The notes beneath the pieces are model-generated. The model was not told the DNA's origin. It searched no databases and saw nothing but the letters and a program-made list of their open reading frames with translations. Below are positions 28,321 to 42,743 of a stretch of DNA of 64,000 nt, piece by piece. This stretch comes from an uncultured delta proteobacterium. GTDB lineage: Bacteria > Myxococcota_A > UBA9160 > UBA4427. Positions within the stretch are counted from its first letter, which is position 1. Each line of letters begins with the position of its first letter. The position numbers and the translations under genes were made by a program. The DNA lies in assembly GCA_963822965.1 (NCBI GenBank), contig CAWGJT010000014.1, positions 96,001-160,000 of the forward strand, given 5' to 3'.

Positions 28321-30549
28321 TCAGCCGCTGCCGGGGAGGGGCACGCGTCCGGGCGCGGGCTCGCCCTCGGTCGAGACCAGGTTGCCCATGAACAGGGTGC
28401 TGTTCTTCACGAAGAAGAAGCCGCGCAGCCCGCTGGCCAGCTCGGAGATGCGCTTCGCGTAGGCATCCTCCTCGCCGGACTTCGGGGTCGCCAGGCCCAG
28501 CAGCACCAGGTCGGCCTCTCCGCTCTCGGCATGGATGACCTGGGCGACGCTCTCTTCCGGAGGCTTCACGAAGACGTGCACGTCGGCGGCGATGCGAATC
28601 TCCGGAATCAGCTGCTCGAGAATTCGCTCGGTCTCGGCCTTCATCAGCTCGTTCGAGGCCATGCTCAGCACGCGGATGCGAGCGTTGCGCCACTCGGGGT
28701 TGCGGGTCAGCAGGTAGGCCAGCAGCAGCATCAGGTCGCCGTTGCGCTGCAGGCCGCCCCACCACACGTGCACGCTGCGCTGTCCCCGGCCGGTGGGGAT
28801 CTCGGGCGCGCGGCCGATCAGCAGCGACTTGTGCAGCTTCTCGAGCCGGCCGATGACCCGCAGCAGCGCGGTCAGCCCGGCCAGGCTCGACGGCCACCCG
28901 AGCAGCACCGTGTTCGACTCGATGCCGGCGATGCCGTTCGCCTGGGCGACGCTCACGATCCCCTGCTCCACGGACGGGACGACGTTGACCTCGGCGAAGG
29001 CGACCAGGCCCTCCTGGTCGAGCTGGGCCTGGATGTCCGCCTGGCGCTCCAGGGGATCGACCTCGAGCAGGGCCAGGTCGGCCACCAGCAGCTCGCAGAC
29101 GGTCACCACGCCGCGGTCCTGGCTGAACCAGTCGCCGAAGCGCACCAGGTCGAGGCGCTCCTCGATGGGCTCGGTGAACACCAGCACGTGGGGGCGCCAG
29201 CTTCGCGCGGTGCTCGGACGCCGCATCATGTGCAGCAACGCCCAGCGGATCAGCGCCTCGTAGACCCCGCGCCGGACGTCGCCCCAGTCGGCCCGGCGCT
29301 CGCGTCGCTGCAGCAGCAGCCACAGCCCCAGCACCGTCGCCATCGCGACGACGCTCGCCGTGGCGCTGATGAGGAGCATGACCGCGAAGCAGGCCAGCGC
29401 TCCCGCCAGGCACACCGGCCAGGGCGCGTGGATCGCCGGTCGCCAGGACGGCGCGAGGGAGATGCCCTCCAGGGCGGCGGCGAGATTGACGGTGCCGTAG
29501 ACCGTCAGGAAGAAGAGGGTCACCACGCTGGCGACGGAGTTGAGGTCGCCGAGGAGCACGGCCCCCAGGGCGATCGCCAGCGTCACCGCCAGGCCGACGA
29601 CGGGCTCGCCCCCGCCGTTGGCGGAAGCCAGCTGGCGGGGTGCGACGCGATCCATCGCCAGGGCCTGCAGGGTGCGCGGAGCGCCCAGCACCGAGCCGAC
29701 CGCGGACGAGAAGATGGCGCCCCACAGGCCGGGCAGCACCAGCCAGGCGCCGAGCGGCGCGACGCGGGTCCACACCAGCGGATCGTCCCGCAGCATCTCG
29801 GGCGCCACGGCGACCGCCAGCAGGAACGGGACCATCAGGTAGACCGCGAAGCCGCTGAGCTGCGCCGCCAGGGTGCCCAGGGGAATCGAGCGCTTCGGAT
29901 CCGTCAGGTCTCCGGAAAGCCCCAGACCCGCCATGATGCCCGTGACCGCCGGAAAGAAGACCGCGAACGCCCCCCAGAACCCCACGTCTCCCGACGGCTC
30001 CGAGGCGGAGAGGTGCGACGGGTCGGCGCCGCCGATCGTTCCCAGGACGAGCGCCACCAGCGAGACGGCGATCAGGCCGAGGATCGGGATCTGGGCGCGC
30101 AGCGCCGCCCCGGCCCCCCGGAAGGCCAGGGCGCCGACGGCGGCCACGATCACGAGCGCCGCCAGCTCCACCGGCACGCCGGGCCAGACGAAGCGCAGGG
30201 ACTCGGCCAGACCGTAGGCGTACAGGGTGACCGAGAAGGCCTGGGACAGGAACAGCGGGATGCCGATGGCGCCCCCGATCTCGACCCCGAGGCTGCGGGA
30301 GATGACGTAGTACGCCCCGCCGACGCCCACCCGCGAGTTGGTGGCGACGGCCGAGATGGCCAACGTCGTCACGAAGGTGATCCCGTTGGCCAGGACCACG
30401 ATGACGAGGGTCGGCAGCAGGCCGGCGTGACCCACCACCCAGCCGAGGCGGAGGTAGAGGATGACGCCCAGGATCGTCAGGAGGGTCGGCGTGTAGACGC
30501 CGACGAAGGTCCCGAGCGACCGTCCGGGCTGAGCGGCGGGGCTCCTCAC
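28321..30549 (-). CDS. SLC12-like cation-chloride cotransporter (APC superfamily)
   Basis: GVILYLRLGWVVG, GGAYYVISRSLG, FFPAVTGIMAG, SWRPHVLV, VWWGG C-terminal domain; GTG overlaps the glgP stop. Confidence 0.88.
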   Translation of the reverse strand: MRSPAAQPGRSLGTFVGVYTPTLLTILGVILYLRLGWVVGHAGLLPTLVIVVLANGITFVTTLAISAVATNSRVGVGGAYYVISRSLGVEIGGAIGIPLFLSQAFSVTLYAYGLAESLRFVWPGVPVELAALVIVAAVGALAFRGAGAALRAQIPILGLIAVSLVALVLGTIGGADPSHLSASEPSGDVGFWGAFAVFFPAVTGIMAGLGLSGDLTDPKRSIPLGTLAAQLSGFAVYLMVPFLLAVAVAPEMLRDDPLVWTRVAPLGAWLVLPGLWGAIFSSAVGSVLGAPRTLQALAMDRVAPRQLASANGGGEPVVGLAVTLAIALGAVLLGDLNSVASVVTLFFLTVYGTVNLAAALEGISLAPSWRPAIHAPWPVCLAGALACFAVMLLISATASVVAMATVLGLWLLLQRRERRADWGDVRRGVYEALIRWALLHMMRRPSTARSWRPHVLVFTEPIEERLDLVRFGDWFSQDRGVVTVCELLVADLALLEVDPLERQADIQAQLDQEGLVAFAEVNVVPSVEQGIVSVAQANGIAGIESNTVLLGWPSSLAGLTALLRVIGRLEKLHKSLLIGRAPEIPTGRGQRSVHVWWGGLQRNGDLMLLLAYLLTRNPEWRNARIRVLSMASNELMKAETERILEQLIPEIRIAADVHVFVKPPEESVAQVIHAESGEADLVLLGLATPKSGEEDAYAKRISELASGLRGFFFVKNSTLFMGNLVSTEGEPAPGRVPLPGSG

Positions 30550-32285
30550 TCGCGAGGCGCGATCCGCGGCAGGCCGTCCTGCATGGGCAGACGATCCCGG
30601 TAGGCCTCGTACAGATACTCGAGCAGCATCCGGTGGGTATTGAAGAAGGAGCCGTTCAACGCGATGGCGTTTCGCATCACCACGCGCCAGTCGTGGGGGG
30701 TGTCGTAGAAGCACGGCACGACGACCCGCTCGAGCTTGTCGTACAGCTCGCGGGCGTGCTTGGCGTCGAGATCCTGCGCGGGCTTGCCGTGCAGGTGCCA
30801 GTCGTCGCCGCCGATCGCCCAGCCGGTCACACCCTCCACGCAGCCCTCGATCCACCAGCCGTCCAGCACGCTGAGGCTCGGGACGCCGTTCAGCGCCGCC
30901 TTCATGCCGCTGGTGCCCGACGCCTCCAGCGGGGGGATCGGATTGTTGAGCCAGACGTCCGCGCCCGCACACAGGGCCGCCCCCAGCCGCATGTCGTAGC
31001 CGGGCAGGTAGGCGATCCGCACCCGACCTCGGAGCCGGGCGGTCGCCGCGAAGATGGACTCGATGAGCGCCTTCCCCTCGGCGTCCCGCGGATGGGCCTT
31101 GCCGGCGAGGACCAGCTGCAGCCCGCCCCGCTCGGCAATCGCGGCCAGGCGGTCGATGTCCCGGAAGACGAGCGTGGATCGCTTGTAGGCGGTGGCCCTG
31201 CGGGCGAAGCCGATGGTGAGGACCTCGGGGTCGAGCTCGACCTCGGTCTCACGGCGCACCGTCTCGACCAGGACTCGCTTGGCTTCAGCGTGGGCTTCGG
31301 CGATCTCGTCCGCCGGGATCGCTCCCGCGTAGCGCAGGGCCAGGGGATCCGTGCGCCAGTCGGGCACGTAGCGGTCGAACACCGCCTGCATCGGCTCGCA
31401 CGTCCAGGTGGCTGGGTGTACGCCGTTGGTGATCGATCGGATCGGATAGTGGGGGAACATGCCGCGAGACACCTCGCCGTGCCGCATCGCCACACCGTTC
31501 ACGAAGTGCGAGTTGGCCAGGGCCAGCTCCGTGAGGTTCAGCTCGTCCGCCATCCCCAGCTGGCGCAGGCTCGCGCGCCGCTCCTTGCCGAGCGTGAGCT
31601 CGACGAGATCCAGCGGGAAGCGATCGTGGCCCGCCGGCACCGGTGTGTGCGTGGTAAAGACGCAGCGCTCGCGAACGGCGTCCATGGCGCGGGCCGGGTA
31701 AGGCTCGTCCTGGGCGGCCATCTCCGACTCGTAGAGCGACAGCACCGCCAGGGCCGCGTGGCCCTCGTTCATGTGGTAGCGGTCGGCGGTGCCGTGACCG
31801 AGGGCCTTCAGCATGGCCACCCCGCCGAGGCCCAGCACCGCCTCCTGGCGCAGCCGCAGGGGCTCGTCGCCGCCGTAGAGGTAGTCGGTGAGGCTGCGAT
31901 CCTCGGGCGCGTTCTCGGGCAGGTCCGTGTCGAGCAGGTAGACCGGGATGGTGTCGCCGAGCTGGCCGTGCAGCCGGTATCGCCAGACCGAGACGGCCAC
32001 CTTGCGTCCGTCTAGCGCAAGCTCGACCCGGGCGTCCAGGGGCTCCATGTGATCCAGCGGGCGCCAGGTCTCCGGCGATTCGGTCTGCCGTCCGTTCGCG
32101 TCGAGCTGCTGCTGGAAATAGCCCTTGCGGTGGATGAGGGTGACCGCGACGAGCCACAGCCCGAGGTCGGCCGCCGAGCGCAGGGTGTCACCGGCCAGCA
32201 CGCCGAGGCCGCCCGAGTAGGTGGGGATGCCCGCTTCGAGGGCAATCTCCATCGAGAAGTAGGCAATCAGCGGCTCGCGCTTCAT
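30546..32285 (-). CDS. glgP: Alpha-glucan phosphorylase
   Basis: YFSME, YSGGLGVLAGD, HMNEGH, EASGTSGMKAALNG. Confidence 0.95.
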   Translation of the reverse strand: MKREPLIAYFSMEIALEAGIPTYSGGLGVLAGDTLRSAADLGLWLVAVTLIHRKGYFQQQLDANGRQTESPETWRPLDHMEPLDARVELALDGRKVAVSVWRYRLHGQLGDTIPVYLLDTDLPENAPEDRSLTDYLYGGDEPLRLRQEAVLGLGGVAMLKALGHGTADRYHMNEGHAALAVLSLYESEMAAQDEPYPARAMDAVRERCVFTTHTPVPAGHDRFPLDLVELTLGKERRASLRQLGMADELNLTELALANSHFVNGVAMRHGEVSRGMFPHYPIRSITNGVHPATWTCEPMQAVFDRYVPDWRTDPLALRYAGAIPADEIAEAHAEAKRVLVETVRRETEVELDPEVLTIGFARRATAYKRSTLVFRDIDRLAAIAERGGLQLVLAGKAHPRDAEGKALIESIFAATARLRGRVRIAYLPGYDMRLGAALCAGADVWLNNPIPPLEASGTSGMKAALNGVPSLSVLDGWWIEGCVEGVTGWAIGGDDWHLHGKPAQDLDAKHARELYDKLERVVVPCFYDTPHDWRVVMRNAIALNGSFFNTHRMLLEYLYEAYRDRLPMQDGLPRIAPRE

Positions 32286-32471
32286 CTTCGGCCCCCCAAC
32301 CGAACCTCGCGCAGATGCTTCCACTGCGCCGGTCCCGCGTCAAACGGCCGCACGCCGGGGCGGACTTCCTCGGGTGCGTTGACCGCATCGGTGCACCCCG
32401 ACCGGAAGCCATGGCTCGTATCTGCCCGATCGAGCCGGCGGTGGGTCGACTCCTCCGGAACGCAACGCGTC

Positions 32472-32486
32472 CGGCGCATGGTTTGC
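32472..32486 (+). promoter_or_regulatory. Putative sigma-54 promoter
   Basis: CGGCGCATGGTTTGC (GG-N10-GC), about 90 bp upstream of the glycosyltransferase. Confidence 0.45.
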
Positions 32487-32575
32487 ATGCGAGTGCCGGT
32501 CGACAACAGAGAACGATCGGAACAAATCACGTGCCACGGCAGTCCAACGGGCAGCCTCGGTAGGTAGGTCTTTCC

Positions 32576-33823
32576 ATGCAATTCCATATTCTCTCCTTCG
32601 AGGGCCCGGATCCCTACTCGCGCGCGGGGGGGCTCGCCACGCGGGTCGAGGGGCTGAGCGAAACCCTGGCCGACCAGGGCTTCGACACCCACCTGTGGTT
32701 CATCGGCGATCCCTCCCTCTCGGGACACGAGCGACGCGGACGACTTCACCTGCATCGCTGGTGCCAGTGGGTGAGTCGCCACCACCAGGGCGGGGTGTAC
32801 GACGGAGACGTCGGAAAGGCCGCCGAGCTCGCCCGGTCCCTGCCCCCCCATCTGCTCGGCACCCTGCGGCCCCATCTGGAGAGCGGTGGCCGGGCGGTGA
32901 TCCTGGCCGAGGAGTGGCAGACCGCCGACACGGTCCTGCACGTCGACTGGCTCCTGCGGGTAACGGGGCTGCGAGACCGGGTGACCGTCCTGTGGAACGC
33001 CAACAACACCTTCGGCTTCGACCGCATCGAGTGGGGCCGTCTGGGCCGGGCGGCGCGGATCACCACGGTGAGCCGCTACATGAAGCACTGCATGCACCGG
33101 GTCGGGGCCGACCCGTTGGTGATCCCCAACGGTCTCGGCACCGACGCCTTCGACCGTCCGGTTCCGGGCGCCATCGACGCGCTGCGAAGCCGCATGAAGG
33201 ACCGCACGGTGCTGACCAAGATGGCGCGCTTCGATCCGGACAAGCGTTGGCTGGCCAGCATCGACATCGTGGCGGAGCTGAAGCGCCTCGGGTTCCAGCC
33301 GCTGCTGCTGGCGCGAGGGGGCTCCGAGCCCCACGGCGGGGAGGTGCTGCACGCGGCCCGGCAGCGCGGCCTTCGCATCGTCGAGAGAGCCTGGGGCGAT
33401 CCCGGCGTCCGGGGCCTGGCGATGGCCCTCGACGACCTCGCCGGGGTGGACGTCGTCCACCTGAAGAGCCACGTCGATCCGGCCGCACGGCGCGCGCTCT
33501 TCCAGGCGTCCCACGCCGTGCTCGCCAACAGCGGCCACGAGCCCTTCGGCCTCGTCGGTCTCGAGACGATGGCGGCCGGCGGGCTGGCGTGTACGGGCTG
33601 CTCGGGGGAGGACTATGCGGTTCCGGGGCAGAACGCCATCGTGCTCGAGACGGGCGATCCGCAGGAGTTCGTGAGCCTGTACCGCCGGATGCGCGCGGCG
33701 CCCGAGATCGAGGCCCGGATGCGCCGGGCCGGACGCGCGACGGCCCGCGGCTACGCTTGGCCCGAGGTCGTCGGGTCGGTGCTGCTGCCGCGGGTGGACC
33801 TGGCGTTCGCGCCTGCGGCCTGA
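32576..33823 (+). CDS. Glycosyltransferase family 4 protein
   Basis: GGLA, IPNG, EPFGLVGLETMAAG. Confidence 0.88.
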   Translation: MQFHILSFEGPDPYSRAGGLATRVEGLSETLADQGFDTHLWFIGDPSLSGHERRGRLHLHRWCQWVSRHHQGGVYDGDVGKAAELARSLPPHLLGTLRPHLESGGRAVILAEEWQTADTVLHVDWLLRVTGLRDRVTVLWNANNTFGFDRIEWGRLGRAARITTVSRYMKHCMHRVGADPLVIPNGLGTDAFDRPVPGAIDALRSRMKDRTVLTKMARFDPDKRWLASIDIVAELKRLGFQPLLLARGGSEPHGGEVLHAARQRGLRIVERAWGDPGVRGLAMALDDLAGVDVVHLKSHVDPAARRALFQASHAVLANSGHEPFGLVGLETMAAGGLACTGCSGEDYAVPGQNAIVLETGDPQEFVSLYRRMRAAPEIEARMRRAGRATARGYAWPEVVGSVLLPRVDLAFAPAA

Positions 33824-35961
33824 GACCGGCGGCTCCGGGGCACGGCGGCCATCGCCGCCCGGGCCACCGGGTGCGCGGGCAGGTCTTCTACGTCCGTCCG
33901 CACGGCTCGCGTCCAGCTGGGATGCACCGCGGGTGACACGCCCGGCAGGTTCTGGGGCTCGGCCTCTCCCGCCAGGTCGTCCACCGCGAGACCGACGAGC
34001 AGACACGCCGTGTCGCACAGGAAGCGGGTGGTGGCTGCCGCCAGGGCGGCGTCGTCCGCCAGCGGGTCGCCGTCGAAGGGGAGATCGCGGCGCAGCAGCT
34101 GCTGCAGCTCGACGCGGCTCCGGCGCTCGCGCTCGAAGTCGGCCGGCTCCAGGAGCTGGCCGGCCCGGCGTCGCAGCTCCAGGTCGGCCTCGCCGCGCCA
34201 GGCCGCCAGGGGCGGCAGGTCGTGGGTGGAGGCCGTGGCCAGCGCCCGGCGAGGCCAGGCACGCGGCGGCGTGAGCCCCTGCTCGTCGCGCTCGAAGAGC
34301 AGCACGCGCGAAGACAGCAGGCCCCGCTCCCGGATCGACTCCGAGAAGCCTTCCGGCACGGTACCCAGGTCCTCCGCGACGACCAGCGCGCGCTGGCGGT
34401 GGCTCTCGAGCGCCAGCACGCCCAGGAGATCCTCCTCGGGATACGCGACGTAGGCACCTTCGCTGGGGGCTCGTCCGGCGGGGATCCAGAAGAGGCGCCG
34501 CAGCCACAGCGCGTGGTCGATGCGCACGGCGCCGGCGTGGGCGAAGGTCGCGCGCAGCATCCGCGACCACAGGCGGTAGCCGTCCCGGGCGAGCGCCGCC
34601 GGATCCAGGGGTGGAAAGGACCAGTCCTGACCCGTGGGCGCGAAGTCGTCCGGCGGCGCGCCCGTGGAGGCCCCGGCGTAGAGGGAGCCGCCATGCCACT
34701 CGTCGGCGCCACCCGCCGCGCTTCCGAGGGCGAGGTCGGTGCAGAGCCCCAGGGCCAGGCCGCGCCTGCGCGCGTCGGCGGCCAGCTCGCCCAGCTGGCG
34801 GTCGAGCTCGAACTGGAGCCACGCGTGCAGCGAGATCGCGTCCGCGCGCCCGGTCTGCAACGCCTGCACTGCCGGGCCGTGGCGGTCGCGCAGGGGCTCC
34901 GGCCAGCGGCGCCAGTCCCAGGCCGTCTCCGGCGCGGCGCCTTCCCGCTCCAGCATTTCGGCCACCACCATGAAGGTCGCGAAGCCTTCCAGGGCGTCTC
35001 CCTGCTCGGCGCGGTAGCGCGCGAACGCTTCACCCCGGGCGCTGGGCCGGCGTCGCTCGCGGGCCTGGAAGGTCTCGAACAGGTGCTGGTGCAGATCGCG
35101 CAGCAGGGCGGCCGCCGCAGGCTGGTCGATGCGCGGCGCGCTCTGCAGCCGGCGGCGCGTCTCGAGCACCGCCGCGCTCGAAGCCAGCCGCTGTGCGGCC
35201 TCGCAGTCTGCCCATTCGGGCGTCCGCTCGGGCGCCAGGTAGATGGGATTGCGGAAGAGGCGCGAGATCGGCCAATAGGGACAGACGCGTTCCTCCCGGT
35301 TCGCCAGGGCGTGCAGGGGGCTCGAAGCGACGAAGGCGCCGCCCAGGCGGGCTGTCCAGTCGACCAGGCTGTGCAGGCTCGCCACATCCCCCACCCCGAA
35401 GCCGTCGCGCCGGCGCGTCGCATACAGCTGCACGACCAGCCCGAAGGCACCCTCCGGCGGCAGGGCGGACTCCGGCGCCCAGGCACCGTCGGGCACGATG
35501 ACGAGGCGCTGTGCGGCGTGCTGCCTTCCCACGGGTCGCGTGAGCGATACCTCGAGGTCGTACTCGCCCAGGGGCAGGTCGGCGGGCAGGGGCAGGTGGG
35601 GAAATGCGCCGGGACCGATCCGACCGCCGAGCTCGCGATCGCCGTGTTCCGATCGCAGGGAGGCCTCGAAGGGGGCCGGATGCGATCCGATCGCGTCGGA
35701 GGAGATCGGGACGCCCCGGGCCAGCTGCGACCGGGCCAGCACGTACACGGGCTCGAGCCAGCGCACCGTTCGGGCCTGCAGCAGGGCCGCCAGGCTGTAG
35801 GCGGCCTCGGCCTCGCTGCCGGCGGCGTGCCCCATGGCCTCGAGGAGGGCGACCCGGGTCTCGTCGGAGGTGGCGTGCCAGTGGCCGTTGCCGGCCCGAT
35901 GGTAGCCGTCCGCGATGCCGCAGTGGGTCGCGAGCGCGCGCAGCTCGGGTCGCGTGCTCAT
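33751..35961 (-). CDS. malQ: 4-alpha-glucanotransferase (amylomaltase, GH77)
   Basis: GAPPDDF, RIDH, AEDLGTVP, STHDLP, QNLPG. Confidence 0.95.
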   Translation of the reverse strand: MSTRPELRALATHCGIADGYHRAGNGHWHATSDETRVALLEAMGHAAGSEAEAAYSLAALLQARTVRWLEPVYVLARSQLARGVPISSDAIGSHPAPFEASLRSEHGDRELGGRIGPGAFPHLPLPADLPLGEYDLEVSLTRPVGRQHAAQRLVIVPDGAWAPESALPPEGAFGLVVQLYATRRRDGFGVGDVASLHSLVDWTARLGGAFVASSPLHALANREERVCPYWPISRLFRNPIYLAPERTPEWADCEAAQRLASSAAVLETRRRLQSAPRIDQPAAAALLRDLHQHLFETFQARERRRPSARGEAFARYRAEQGDALEGFATFMVVAEMLEREGAAPETAWDWRRWPEPLRDRHGPAVQALQTGRADAISLHAWLQFELDRQLGELAADARRRGLALGLCTDLALGSAAGGADEWHGGSLYAGASTGAPPDDFAPTGQDWSFPPLDPAALARDGYRLWSRMLRATFAHAGAVRIDHALWLRRLFWIPAGRAPSEGAYVAYPEEDLLGVLALESHRQRALVVAEDLGTVPEGFSESIRERGLLSSRVLLFERDEQGLTPPRAWPRRALATASTHDLPPLAAWRGEADLELRRRAGQLLEPADFERERRSRVELQQLLRRDLPFDGDPLADDAALAAATTRFLCDTACLLVGLAVDDLAGEAEPQNLPGVSPAVHPSWTRAVRTDVEDLPAHPVARAAMAAVPRSRRSQAAGANARSTRGSSTDPTTSGQA

Positions 35962-35983
35962 CCGTCGTCTCCGGGACCCTGGC

Positions 35984-38161
<2,178 letters not shown>

Positions 38162-38230
38162 GGAGCATACGCTGGCCGCCGGGGCCGCGCAGCGCGATCG
38201 CCGGGGCCGCGCAGCGCGACGGCCGCCGCC

Positions 38231-39436
38231 TCAGCGCGAGACGACGCGGACGCCCTCGGCGACGCGATCGCTCGGGTAGAGGACCACGGTCTCCCCGGGC
38301 TCGATCCCGGAGACGATCTCGGCCTGGAGTCCGGTGGAGCGACCGCGCTCGACGGATCGCTTCCGGGCCACACCGTCCTCCACCAAGAACACCGCGAAGC
38401 CGCCGTCGCTGCGGAACAGCGCGGAGAGCGGGAGCGCCAGCACGTCCTCGCCCTCCCACAGCACGATGCGCGCCTCGACGCGGTAGCCGTGGCCGAGGCG
38501 CTTCCAGCGCTCGGGCGGATCGGTGAGGTCGATGATCACGTTGACCCGCTGCTCCTCGATTCCCAGCGCCGAGACCTTGGTGAAGCCGAAGGGCTCGACG
38601 CGCCGCACGCGGCCGGCGAGCGTCCCGTCACCGCCCCACTCGTCGAGCATCACCCGCTGTCCGACCTCGACCTTCACCGCGTCGGCGGAGAGCAGGTCCA
38701 CCACCACCTCGAGGTCGCGCGGGTCGCCGATCTCGACCAGCGGCTCGCCGGCCTGGACCACGCCCTCGCTCTCCCGCACCAGCCGCAGCACCGTTCCCGA
38801 GACCGGCGCCCGGATCGGGATGCACTCGCAATGATCGTGGGGATTGTTGGCCTCGAGGGAGGAGACCATGCGGGCGCGCGCCTGGTCGAGCTCGAAGATG
38901 CGCGCCTGCAGGGCCGCGCGTGCGGTCTCCAGGGCGGCGCGCCGGGTCCGGTAGGCGAGCAGGGCGTTGTCGATGTCGCGCTTGGCCGCGACGCCCGATG
39001 CCAGCAGCCCGAGCTGTCGCTCGAGGTCGGAAGACGCGAAGTCGAGCTCGGCCTTCGCCTGGTCCACCCCGGCGCGCGCCAGGTCGCGGCCGGCCTCGGC
39101 GGCCCGGATGGCGGCTTCGCCCTCGATCTCCGTGCGGGCGTCGAGCAGCGCGGGATCGATGGGCTCGATCTCCGTGATCACCGTCTCGCCTTCGACGACG
39201 GGGCTGCCGACCTCCACGTCGATGCGCCGTGCCCGACCGGTGACTGGCGCCGAGAGTAGGAACACGTCCCGGACCCGGGTCTCGCCCTCCTCGTCCACGG
39301 TGACGGTCATCGGGCCGCGTTCGGCGACCACCCAATCGACGGACACGGGCTGCGGCCGGAACGCCCAGACGAGTCCCCCGACGAGCGCCAGGGCGAGGGC
39401 TCCCCACAAGGTGATGCGACGCGCGCGAAGGGTCAT
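38231..39436 (-). CDS. HlyD/MacA-like periplasmic adaptor subunit
   Basis: N-terminal TM, SAPVTG / RAPVSG lipoyl half-motifs flanking a coiled coil. Confidence 0.9.
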   Translation of the reverse strand: MTLRARRITLWGALALALVGGLVWAFRPQPVSVDWVVAERGPMTVTVDEEGETRVRDVFLLSAPVTGRARRIDVEVGSPVVEGETVITEIEPIDPALLDARTEIEGEAAIRAAEAGRDLARAGVDQAKAELDFASSDLERQLGLLASGVAAKRDIDNALLAYRTRRAALETARAALQARIFELDQARARMVSSLEANNPHDHCECIPIRAPVSGTVLRLVRESEGVVQAGEPLVEIGDPRDLEVVVDLLSADAVKVEVGQRVMLDEWGGDGTLAGRVRRVEPFGFTKVSALGIEEQRVNVIIDLTDPPERWKRLGHGYRVEARIVLWEGEDVLALPLSALFRSDGGFAVFLVEDGVARKRSVERGRSTGLQAEIVSGIEPGETVVLYPSDRVAEGVRVVSR

Positions 39437-39443
39437 GTCGGTT

Positions 39444-41818
39444 TCACTCGCGGGTCTTCAGCACCCGGATCAGGTCCAGGTGGTCGAGGCGACTTCGTAC
39501 CAGCAACATGGAGGCCACCGTGGCCGCCACGGTGGTGAGCACCGCCCACCCGTAGGTGGACGACTCGATCACCAGGGGAACGCGGTACAGCTCGGTCTCG
39601 AAGCGGTTCGCGATGAGGTGGACGAGGGCGGTGCCCACGAGGATCCCCAGCGGCAGGCCAGCGAGCACCAGGAGGCCCACCTCGCCCAGCAGGATGTAGG
39701 AGATCTCCGCCCGGCTGAGACCCATGACGCGCAGGGTCGCCAGCTCGCGACCCCGCTCGGAGAGGGCGATGCGGGTGCTGTTGTAGGTCACGCCGAACGC
39801 CAGCATGCAGGCGAAGGCCGCGAAGAAAGAGATGAAGATCATCATGGTCTCCGCCATCGTCTCGTGGAACTTCACCACGGCGGCCTTGCGGATCATGACC
39901 GCGCCGACCTCGGGGATGCGTTTGAGCTCGCGATAGAGGGTCTTCTCGAGGGGCGGGTCCACCACCAGGTGCGCGAGACTCGCGCTCGGTCGTTCCCGCA
40001 TCAGGCGGTTCAGGGCGCCCATCGCCATCCAGGCGGGCGTGCCGAGATAGGTGTCCACGATGGCGGCCACCTCCACGTCGCGCACGGGGCGGCGGCCTTC
40101 GAGCACCTCCACCTGCACCGTGTCGCCCGCCCCCACCTCGAGGATCTCCGCGAGCTTCTTGGAGAGCACCAGGCCGTCCGCCGGAACCGCCACGGGGCCC
40201 CGCTCCGAGTCGTAGATCGGAGCCAGGGTCGCGTTCTCGGGCACGCCCCGGATCGCCTCCCGGTGCCGGCGCGGTCCGGCGCGAAGCCTGGCGGCCACGA
40301 TGCGTTCGGGCTCGGCGTGGAGCACGCCCGCCAGGTGCTCGAGCTCGCCGACCACGATGCTGCTCTGGGTCTCGCTGAGCGCCACGGTCACGTCCTGGTG
40401 CTGGGCGTCGACGAAGTAGGTCTGCACCATCTGATCGATGGCGTCGCTCCACTGCAGCGACGCGACGAGCAGCCCCACGGCCATGGCGATGCCCGTGGAG
40501 GTGACCAGCGAGCGGCCCGGCCAGCGCTGGATCGTGCGCAGGATCATTCTCGTCGGCTGGTCGAAGGGGCGGGCGAGGGTCGCCGCGAGGCCCGTCCGTC
40601 GGAACAGGGGCGGCGCGGGGGGGCGCATGGCCTCGGCGGGGGGCAGCCGCACCGCGGCTCGCACGGCGCGGAAGGTGCCGAGCAGCGCGGCCCCGAGGCT
40701 CACCGCGGTCGCCAGCACGAAGACGCCGGGGCTCGGCCGGAAGAAGAAGAAGGGAAAGCGGTAGAGCTCGGCGTAGATGCCCGTGGTGATCCACCCGAAC
40801 CACCAGCCCAGGGCGCAGCCCAGCAGGATTCCCACGGTGCCGATCACCAGCACGAGCTTCACGTAGTGCCAGCCGATCTCGACGTTCGAGTAGCCGAAGG
40901 CCTTGAGCAGCCCGATCTCCGAGCGCTCGATGGCGATCAGGCGGTTCAGCACCATGTTCGTCAGGAAGGCCGCCACCGCCAGGAAGATCGTGGGCATGAT
41001 GGTGGCCATGTTCGCGAGCTGGTCGATCTCGCTCATCAGGAACCAGTTCGAGATCTGGTCCTTGCGCTCGTAGGCGCCGATCCCGCCGTACGGCGCCAGC
41101 AGGTCGTCCAGGCGTGCGATCACCTCGCCCGCCTGGGCACCCCGCCAGAGCGAGAGCGCGACGTCGTTGAAGGCGCCATCGAGGTCGAAGGCGGCGGACA
41201 GGGCCTCGCGTCCCATCCAGACGATCCCGTAGCGCTGGTCGTCCGGCATCAGGGCGCCCGGGCCGATCGCGTAGACGAACTCGGGGGACAACGCGATTCC
41301 CACCACGTCGAGGCTTCGCAGGTGCCCGCCCACCACCGCCTGCAGGTGGTCGCCCGGATGGAGGCGGTGGGCCTCCGCGAACGCCTCGCTGAGCACCGCC
41401 TCGTCCGGGTTCCCCGGCAGCACCGAGCGTCCCGCGCGCAGCGTCAGGCGATCGAGCACGGGCTCCCCGCGCTCCGGAATCGACCGGAGGTGGCCGATCA
41501 CCGGCTCTTCGAAGCCCGGCACGTCCAGCAGCGCGAGCTTGGAGATGCGCGCCTCCACGGCCTGCACGCCGGGAATCTCCGCGATGCGGACGGCCACGCG
41601 ATCCGGGGCGCGCTTCAGGGTGGCGAAGACGTGGGCGAATCGTTGTCGCTCGTAGTAGGCGGTGGCCGTGTCGCGCAGGGCCTGCAGCGCGCCCAGGGAC
41701 ATCACCAGCACGGCGACGCCCGAGGCGATCACCATTCCGACGGCGAGCACCTGGCCACGCAGACGCCACAGGTCGCGCAACAGCTTGCGGTCGAGGGGAT
41801 GCAGGAGTCGACCGGGGC

Positions 41819-41822
<4 letters not shown>
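39444..41822 (-). CDS. ABC transporter permease (FtsX/MacB-like, duplicated)
   Basis: [34 protein letters not shown]. Confidence 0.92.
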
Positions 41823-42556
<734 letters not shown>

Positions 42557-42743
42557 GGTTCTCGAGCCTCGTCGATCGTCGGAGAGGAGCGAGCGACTGT
42601 ATCGTTCCGCCGGCGGGCCGACGAGGAACTTCGGCCCGATCCCTTTGGCCGACCCCGGCTCGAGCCGGTTCGGCCCCGCCGGCGGCGCCGGCGGCCGATC
42701 CACGCGAAACTGGCTCTGCGACAAGCCGGGAGGTGTCCGTTGC